Assembly: GCA_903839725.1 (NCBI GenBank)
Contig: CAIMDG010000001.1
Location: forward strand, 235,315-299,314
Direction: 5' to 3'
Source: an uncultured bacterium
Lineage (GTDB): Bacteria; Patescibacteriota; Minisyncoccia; Phycocordibacterales; PALSA-1337
DNA: 64,000 bases
The notes under the pieces are model-generated. The model ran no database searches and was not told the origin of the DNA. It saw only the letters and a list, made by a program, of their open reading frames with translations. The translations under genes were made by a program, and so were the position numbers. Positions 57,876-64,000 of the stretch are shown here, piece after piece. The stretch's first letter is position 1, and every line of letters starts with the position of its first letter.

Positions 57876-58772
57876 TCAGTATGACGAGCTGTGTTCAGGT
57901 TCACTGGTGAACCCACTTCGATCTGAACCCGCCGGCGGTTCCGCAGGCGATTCAACTTCCGTTGACGACGGAGGTTGATTTGTTCCCCCATCGTTGACGA
58001 ACGGATCAACGATAACAGGTGGAGGTGCAACACCGACGTCAGCAGTAGCCGTAGCAGCTTCGGTGCTCGGAGGCGCGCTGTGCTGCGCCGCAACACCGAC
58101 AGTGTCGAGGCTTGCGTCTGCACCGCCACCGCCAGACCGACCTTCTCCGGGATGAAATCCTGGGACGTCTTGGTAGGCGTGATGATTGCTGCTGGACATG
58201 GAGTCATAGACCCATAACCAGAACCAGGGGTTAAACCCTGAGCTCGAGGTGTGATTACTCCAAGGAGTTGGAGTCGGAGCAATGAATACCTCCTTACTTG
58301 CCCTCACTGCCACGAGCGGTGCAACCGCACGAGCGAGCATTCCCCACTTTCTTTCTTCGATGTCCAACGACACGATTTTGTCGCGGCCGATGTAGTTGAG
58401 CAAATCAACCATGTCACCATTGCTGATGCGAATGCTCCCATTCGTGGGAAGCAAGTTGTCATCATCGTCCGTTTCCCCGGCATGAATGGCCAGGATGTTA
58501 CGGTCGTCGGGCGTATTCGAGACGCGGGTGGCTTCACCACTGACCGCTTCGAAGACCAGAACAGCCGGGCCATAGGCAGCAAAGAGCTCCTCATTGGTTG
58601 CCTGCTTGTTCAGGTTGATTTGTTTCAGTTTATAGGAGCCGAGCTTGGGTTCGTGCCCTTCAAAATCCGAGTCGCATGTGCCGACAGCGGTTATTGGGGC
58701 GGAGCCATCTCCAATGCTCAGTGTTCCTGCATACTGCCGATTACTGGGCAGTTGTAGTATTAGGGTTTTCAT
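57876..58772 (-). CDS. L,D-transpeptidase (YkuD)-like domain with a low-complexity tail
   Basis: LAIHAG...PTNGSIRISN.D resembles H..(S/T)xGCIR; tail is Gly/Pro/Ser-rich. Confidence 0.55.
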   Translation of the reverse strand: MKTLILQLPSNRQYAGTLSIGDGSAPITAVGTCDSDFEGHEPKLGSYKLKQINLNKQATNEELFAAYGPAVLVFEAVSGEATRVSNTPDDRNILAIHAGETDDDDNLLPTNGSIRISNGDMVDLLNYIGRDKIVSLDIEERKWGMLARAVAPLVAVRASKEVFIAPTPTPWSNHTSSSGFNPWFWLWVYDSMSSSNHHAYQDVPGFHPGEGRSGGGGADASLDTVGVAAQHSAPPSTEAATATADVGVAPPPVIVDPFVNDGGTNQPPSSTEVESPAEPPAGSDRSGFTSEPEHSSSY

Positions 58773-61041
58773 AATCTAGGATTTTCTTTTGGTTCACTGC
58801 AGTTGTTGTGACGCTCTTCCACATACGGGAGAGCTTTGAAACAAGACTTTCCAGGAAGCTTTCACTCCTGAGAAGTTTGAAGTATGTTTGCACCATGCAA
58901 TCCATACCAAATGATTGCTCGATATGAGCTCGACCATTCTGCCCGAGCTCACGTGCCAAGTCGCGGTCGATGAGGACTCTAACAATGGCTTCGGCAAGCA
59001 TGTTCGGTGATTCGTTTTCCAGGAGCAGACCAGTTTCACCATGAATGATCTGCTCGCGAGTTCCACCATCATCGTTTGCAATGCACGGTAGTCCTGCTGA
59101 GAGAGCCTCAAGCAGAGCATTCGGGCACCCTTGATGTTTTCCGAGAACAACGAAGACGTCGAATTCGGGAAGCTGTTGTACCGTATCGAATGAAGGGCCA
59201 TGAAAGAAGATCCGGCGTGCCGGCGCTTCCTTCGAGACTTTCTCCACCGATGCGGCATACGTTTCGAATCGCGGTTCTGCCGCGCCGAACACGTGAAGCT
59301 CCACATCAGGTATGCGCTCACGCACGATCTTCATAGCCTCGAGAATTTCGAGGAAAAATTTCGTGGGAGCTATGCGCCCGTTTACCACAACGCGGGGATT
59401 GCCCCGAATCGTATAATCCATTTTCGGCGCCGAATGAACCGGAATGCCGTTGGGGATGACCACTGTCTTGCGCGCGCAGGCTATCGGGCTTTCGCCGTCA
59501 TATTTAAGGACCATATTGTCCAGCCGAGCGTGGAATCTATTCTCGTCAAAGCAAATCATACGCTGGAATTCAGCCACGATCTGCAATTCTTCGAACGAAG
59601 ACCTGCCTGGGCTAACGTCCACAAAACGAACGGACGTGAACTCAAGCGATTTCATCACGAGGAGCTTTACCTTCGGATCAAGGTTCCAGAAGCACACGGT
59701 GCCGATCTGGTCGTTGGATATCTTCTGAACCAGTGCCTCGGCATGGTCGAATGGATCACGAGTTGCCGCCGTCCTCCGCACAATCACTCCGGAACCCGAA
59801 AGTTCCTTGAAGAAATGTGAGGCAGTGGAGTTTCCCGTAACCGCTACTTCGAGCCGTAACTTTTTATTGAGGCGCGTAACCAGATTAACGAGTGAGCGTT
59901 GTGCTCCGCCCGAATTCAGGTTTGCTGTCACAAACAAGACTTTGCCAGTCGTGAGGACCGGCCGTGCCAAGCTTGCGAGCGTCCAGAGACGATACGAAGG
60001 AAAGTTAGACCACGACGGCGCCGGAAACACAGACGACAGGGATCTTGCGATCTCCGTAGCCCACACTTCTGCAGACGCTTTCGGATCCATCAATGTCAAA
60101 CCTTCGTGACCAATCTCACCTTGTCCGCCAACTTTGCTCGCCACTACCGGTAGGCGCTGCATGAGCGCTTCCAAGGTAGCGACACTGAGACCTTCATAGT
60201 GGCTCGTGTTCAGAAACAAATCGAAGACTGAGAGGCATTGCGAGGCGTCGGGAATGAACCCGGGCATCGCCACGCGACTACGCAGTCCGAGCCGGTCAAT
60301 TTCCGCAATGAGTGCTTCCCATGAAGAACGTCCATCGCGACCGATTGGTCCGCCCACAATAACCAGATACGTATCCTTCATTCCCTGTAGTGCGTGAAGC
60401 ACGTTGAGGGCGAACGGATAGTTCTTTTGTGGTTTGACCGCACCGATCATGCCAATGACTGTTGCATCTTGGGGAATATTCCATGCCTTGCGGAACCGCT
60501 CCCGATTGCCAGGAACAGAACGAAGACGAGGAATGTGGCGAATAACCGAAACAGGAAGAACAGATCCGCATGCGCGGAGGTCTGCCTGACAAGCTTCGGA
60601 TACAGTGATCGCATAAGGTGAACTTTCGAGGCGTGAAGCCTCTTCGATCCACCCATCACGAGCATTTTGGAGCACGGGGACGATAGTCGCCCCATGAGCT
60701 GACAATGCATCGCGTTCATCTTTTTTCAGCAGGTGGCAGAGGCAAACAGAGCTACTGCTTGCCGCAAGCTTCTTGCCGAGTGATGTAAGCTTTGCACGAA
60801 TATCTGTTCCATGAAGTCGAGTGACTTCGATGAAGGATGGCACGCGCCATTCCTTTTCTTGATCTCGAAGGACGATGATGTGAACGTTCCAGCCGAGTGG
60901 ATGGATGCGGATAGCCCAATCAAGGACCATCTGCTCAGCACCACCGATCGCCAACGTGGCTATTGCCACAGTAAGCTGACGAGAAGCAGAAACAGCAAGT
61001 AATGGCTGCTCTGCTTGGGTATTTGCAATATGCAGTTTCAT
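58741..61041 (-). CDS. Tandem double glycosyltransferase family 4
   Basis: Two GT-B units: GGAEQ..EGLSVATLEA and GGAQR..GCPNALLEA. Confidence 0.9.
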   Translation of the reverse strand: MKLHIANTQAEQPLLAVSASRQLTVAIATLAIGGAEQMVLDWAIRIHPLGWNVHIIVLRDQEKEWRVPSFIEVTRLHGTDIRAKLTSLGKKLAASSSSVCLCHLLKKDERDALSAHGATIVPVLQNARDGWIEEASRLESSPYAITVSEACQADLRACGSVLPVSVIRHIPRLRSVPGNRERFRKAWNIPQDATVIGMIGAVKPQKNYPFALNVLHALQGMKDTYLVIVGGPIGRDGRSSWEALIAEIDRLGLRSRVAMPGFIPDASQCLSVFDLFLNTSHYEGLSVATLEALMQRLPVVASKVGGQGEIGHEGLTLMDPKASAEVWATEIARSLSSVFPAPSWSNFPSYRLWTLASLARPVLTTGKVLFVTANLNSGGAQRSLVNLVTRLNKKLRLEVAVTGNSTASHFFKELSGSGVIVRRTAATRDPFDHAEALVQKISNDQIGTVCFWNLDPKVKLLVMKSLEFTSVRFVDVSPGRSSFEELQIVAEFQRMICFDENRFHARLDNMVLKYDGESPIACARKTVVIPNGIPVHSAPKMDYTIRGNPRVVVNGRIAPTKFFLEILEAMKIVRERIPDVELHVFGAAEPRFETYAASVEKVSKEAPARRIFFHGPSFDTVQQLPEFDVFVVLGKHQGCPNALLEALSAGLPCIANDDGGTREQIIHGETGLLLENESPNMLAEAIVRVLIDRDLARELGQNGRAHIEQSFGMDCMVQTYFKLLRSESFLESLVSKLSRMWKSVTTTAVNQKKILDYENPNTTTAQ

Positions 61042-61208
61042 AAATCCTATGGGTTTTTGGGTTTCAAAGAGTCTGCCCGTAATTTGAGCATATTATAGCA
61101 CTAATGTCAACACTTGTACTACCTATAAAAAATGGTGGTTGAGCCACACCATACACATTCTTTTGGATAAAAATTATTCAATAAAAGTGGTACTATACTG
61201 ATACAAAT

Positions 61209-61904
61209 ATGAATATAAAAATCCTCTCATGGAATATATGGTGTGACTGTCATTTCGAGGCTGTTTCGGCCTTTCTCAGGGCATCACAAGCAGATATTAT
61301 CGGACTCCAAGAAGTCTCATTGATCGACCCTGAGCGTGACGTTGTTTCACTACTCAAGAATTTGGGATATGAATGCGTAACTGGACCTGCAGCTGAGTTT
61401 ACTGACAATAATAATCGTCATCATGTACTCAATACTGCCCTATTCAGCAAGTTCCCTATCATAGGATCGAAGATCCACCCTTTGAGAGCTGGCAAGAGAC
61501 CTTCAATCGTAGAAGCTCGTATACAAGTTGGTTCCAAAGAACTCGCCGTCTTTTCAGTACATCTTAAACATACGCACCAACAATTTGATGAGATACAAAA
61601 TGAACAAGTCAAAACTATTATGGGATTATTACCTCCGAAACAAGGCATCATCATGGGAGACTTCAATGCAATTCCAGACAGTACAAGCCTGAAGACTCTC
61701 ACTGAGAACTATGTACATACTGACCCAACATTTTCTCCTACATGGAGTATGTACCCTGAAGGATGCCCTGTTTGTAAACCCAATAAATTAGATACTCGCC
61801 TAGATTATATTTTAGTTAGTCCAGATATTGCGTTCACTTCTCCAGAAGTTGGAGCATCAGATGGTTCAGATCATTTGCCGATTTCTATATCAATCAAAAT
61901 ATAA
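61209..61904 (+). CDS. Endonuclease/exonuclease/phosphatase family protein
   Basis: SWNIW, IIGLQEV, MGDFN, LDYI and SDHLP. Confidence 0.9.
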   Translation: MNIKILSWNIWCDCHFEAVSAFLRASQADIIGLQEVSLIDPERDVVSLLKNLGYECVTGPAAEFTDNNNRHHVLNTALFSKFPIIGSKIHPLRAGKRPSIVEARIQVGSKELAVFSVHLKHTHQQFDEIQNEQVKTIMGLLPPKQGIIMGDFNAIPDSTSLKTLTENYVHTDPTFSPTWSMYPEGCPVCKPNKLDTRLDYILVSPDIAFTSPEVGASDGSDHLPISISIKI

Positions 61905-61922
61905 TTCAATACGCTCTAGTTA

Positions 61923-62987
61923 CTATTCTGTTGCTTTACAAATTAATTGTCTTACACACATTGTAGCGTAACTACCAGTAGGTAAAAGGAAAGTTAACTT
62001 AATCTTCTTCTTGCCTTTATTCATTTCATCATCTGCAATATCCAATACATATACTGCCGTAGTTGTAATAGCGCATCTTGTATTATCTTTTTTTGAAATT
62101 TTTTGATCATTCTCCAATCTATGTCCTGCACATGAGACTATATTTGGTGCTTTGAATATATTCCCATAAGGAATAAAAAGGTCACCTACGTTTTCAAAGT
62201 AATCAATACTACCCTTACAGTTTTCTGCGAGTACTTTTGAGACTTCTCTATTCCATAGGTAACTATCATATGATGACAGGAAGAAATTCACTTTTTTGGG
62301 ATTAATTGTGAGGAAAAAATCTCTAAAATCATCTTGCGTACTTTTCTTTGATGGAATAGTGTTTTCTGACAATCCTTTATTTCCAGAAAGTTTAAATTGT
62401 TTATATGCCTCTTTCCAGTCTTGATCAATTATAGCTTTCCCTATCAAATGGGTATTGTATGGACCCCCAGGCATACCGAATCTCTGAGAATCATAATAAT
62501 TTATAAAACTTACAAATTTATTATTTTTACAAAACTTCAAGACCTGTTCCGCAATTGTCTCATGTACATTTCTAACAACCAAATTAAATGAATTAGCATG
62601 TAGCATTTTTTCAGCTACAGGTGTATCCCCATAACCCATGATACGCTCAATCTTTATATATGAAGAAGGTGTTAAATTTTTTTTGTTAAATAAGGCGACT
62701 TGTGAACTATTCAAAACTTTTTTAAGTGACAAAATTTGCGCAGTAATTCCATCCTCATCTTTCAAGCCTTCTACATTTATATCTTCATTTTTTAATTTAA
62801 AAAAATCTCTAATTATATCTTGAGCATCAAAAGTCGAGAATCCACTCTTTTGAATCCATATATATGTATACTTGCCAGTCTTAGAAAAACGTGGGAGCAG
62901 AGGCACCTCAGTCACTTCAAAATCTTCATTTATAGTCTTTAGTCTATAATCTAGATTTTTTGCATTTTTTGATTTGTGTTGTCTCAT
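61923..62987 (-). CDS. truD: tRNA pseudouridine(13) synthase TruD
   Basis: EDFEVTE, GLKD, NYYDSQRFG and LPTGSYAT. Confidence 0.88.
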   Translation of the reverse strand: MRQHKSKNAKNLDYRLKTINEDFEVTEVPLLPRFSKTGKYTYIWIQKSGFSTFDAQDIIRDFFKLKNEDINVEGLKDEDGITAQILSLKKVLNSSQVALFNKKNLTPSSYIKIERIMGYGDTPVAEKMLHANSFNLVVRNVHETIAEQVLKFCKNNKFVSFINYYDSQRFGMPGGPYNTHLIGKAIIDQDWKEAYKQFKLSGNKGLSENTIPSKKSTQDDFRDFFLTINPKKVNFFLSSYDSYLWNREVSKVLAENCKGSIDYFENVGDLFIPYGNIFKAPNIVSCAGHRLENDQKISKKDNTRCAITTTAVYVLDIADDEMNKGKKKIKLTFLLPTGSYATMCVRQLICKATE

Positions 62988-63158
62988 AAGATTTCTAAAT
63001 GAAATCTAGCAAATGTTATAAATATTACCACACATATTCTAAATGGCAATAGGATACAAGACTATTTACATATAACACTTTTTATGTCCAATTACGCAAA
63101 TTTAAATACGTCTAAATCACACAAAAAATATATATTACTTACGAAGTAAAAGTTCACC

Positions 63159-63773
63159 CTATACTCCGTATTTCTTCTTAAAATCCCCCGCTACATATTC
63201 ATCGAACTCAAACACCCCATTCGCCTCTTTGTTAAGTATCGCTATATATTCAAAAAAACCTTTTTTATCATAAACAGTAAGGTCGAGTGATTCGCATATC
63301 TTTGTCAATTCCTCAGTAATTTTCTGTGCATCTTCGTTACCATGAGCCATCTTCTCAGCTTCAAAATAATAACTATGATTGGGTACTTCTACCAAAGCAA
63401 ACTCTACGTCTTTATATTCATAGACACGACTCTTTCTGTGAGCTAGTACACCTTTTCCAAAACCAAGATGACCAAATATCTCCACAAGAGTATCGAACTC
63501 TCCTGGTTTTCCGAGAACAGAAAGCTCTTTTCTTTGTTCCGATCCACCCCACTCTCCAATTTTAACAATAATTTCAGGTATTCCATTTGTCACACGAAGA
63601 CGTATATCTTTTTTTCTACTCTCAATTCCCCCAGGCAAAAAAGTTGAATAGTCAATCAGAATCCTATCTTTCTTCTCTTTAACTTTCCCATTTTTAGTAA
63701 AAAATGTAATAAGAGATTCGTATTGAGCCTTCGAAAGAGGACCGCGAATTTCAATTTCGATATTTTTTTGCAT
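63159..63773 (-). CDS. CYTH/adenylate-cyclase-like domain protein
   Basis: EIEIR, IRLR, RKE and FEAEK; start moved to MQKNIE. Confidence 0.8.
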   Translation of the reverse strand: MQKNIEIEIRGPLSKAQYESLITFFTKNGKVKEKKDRILIDYSTFLPGGIESRKKDIRLRVTNGIPEIIVKIGEWGGSEQRKELSVLGKPGEFDTLVEIFGHLGFGKGVLAHRKSRVYEYKDVEFALVEVPNHSYYFEAEKMAHGNEDAQKITEELTKICESLDLTVYDKKGFFEYIAILNKEANGVFEFDEYVAGDFKKKYGV

Positions 63774-63815
63774 GAGAATAGTATAGTACAAATTTATATA
63801 AATAGCATATACAGA

Positions 63816-63843
63816 AAAAGGGCAAGCCGTAGGCTTGCCCTTT
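63816..63843. terminator. Intrinsic terminator
   Basis: AAAAGGGCAAGCC-GTA-GGCTTGCCCTTT. Confidence 0.7.
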
Positions 63844-63856
63844 AGTGTATTTCGTC

Positions 63857-64000
63857 CTACTTCTTGGGACAAAATCCTTTGACGAAAACCTTGCCACCAA
63901 TAATTTTATGAATTGGCCGATTGAATATCTGACCCGCTCGACAGAAAGGTGTTTTGCATTTGGGACAATTTAGATCCTTCTCAGTATGATCAGCAGTTAT
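63857..64000 (-). CDS. Partial Cys-containing protein (C-terminus only; runs off the window edge)
   Basis: Open frame ITADHTEKDLNCPKCKTPFCRAG...GFCPKK*. Confidence 0.5.
   Translation of the reverse strand: MTADHTEKDLNCPKCKTPFCRAGQIFNRPIHKIIGGKVFVKGFCPKK

Noticed and set aside
57845-61002. Many overlapping alternative-frame ORFs in the GC-rich block (and similar ones within uvrB, dnaE and the ABC gene)
   Set aside because: Shadow ORFs of well-supported genes, expected where stop codons are scarcer.
1-64000. CRISPR array, rRNA, IS transposase or integron integrase
   Set aside because: No regularly spaced direct repeats, rRNA-like sequence, DDE/HUH transposase or tyrosine recombinase ORF was seen.
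1-64000. Alternative genetic code (TGA read as Gly)
   Set aside because: Conserved genes such as rpe and ilvC end at TGA at the expected length, and long genes are intact under code 11.

Overview
An AT-rich, gene-dense bacterial window using standard genetic code 11. The compact proteins, split transketolase, many orphan ORFs and -10 boxes sitting just before ATG without Shine-Dalgarno sites suggest a Patescibacteria/CPR (Parcubacteria-like) genome; this is an inference. Core genes include uvrB, a pentose-phosphate/glycolysis cluster (tkt x2, rpe, rpiB, gap, pgl, gnd), pyrD, a DEAD-box helicase, lexA with an SOS box, an IscS-like desulfurase, infB-rbfA, rnhB, dnaE, thrS with a T-box, prfA, rpmE and truD. 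There are five tRNAs (Cys, Leu, Phe, Arg, Gln). After tRNA-Gln lies an integrative defence island: MamI-like restriction enzyme, methyltransferase, large serine recombinase, OLD nuclease and ParB-methyltransferase. A run of single-gene accessory modules and a GC-rich block (ilvC, an L,D-transpeptidase-like gene, a double GT4) follow. The most striking unexplained signal is a set of small palindromic elements, some translated inside essential genes. (1) An 18-bp perfect palindrome, CCTGCCTGCGCAGGCAGG, is read in frame as LPAQAG in uvrB and rpiB, with decayed copies in infB and thrS. (2) Long hairpins with shared AGAAC...GTTT termini occur in frame inside dnaE, as an inverted pair bracketing an orphan ORF, and beside a duplicated gap 3' end. 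(3) Periodic GCGAAT/ACAAAT palindromes lie between genes. All calls were made by eye; no database search was run.
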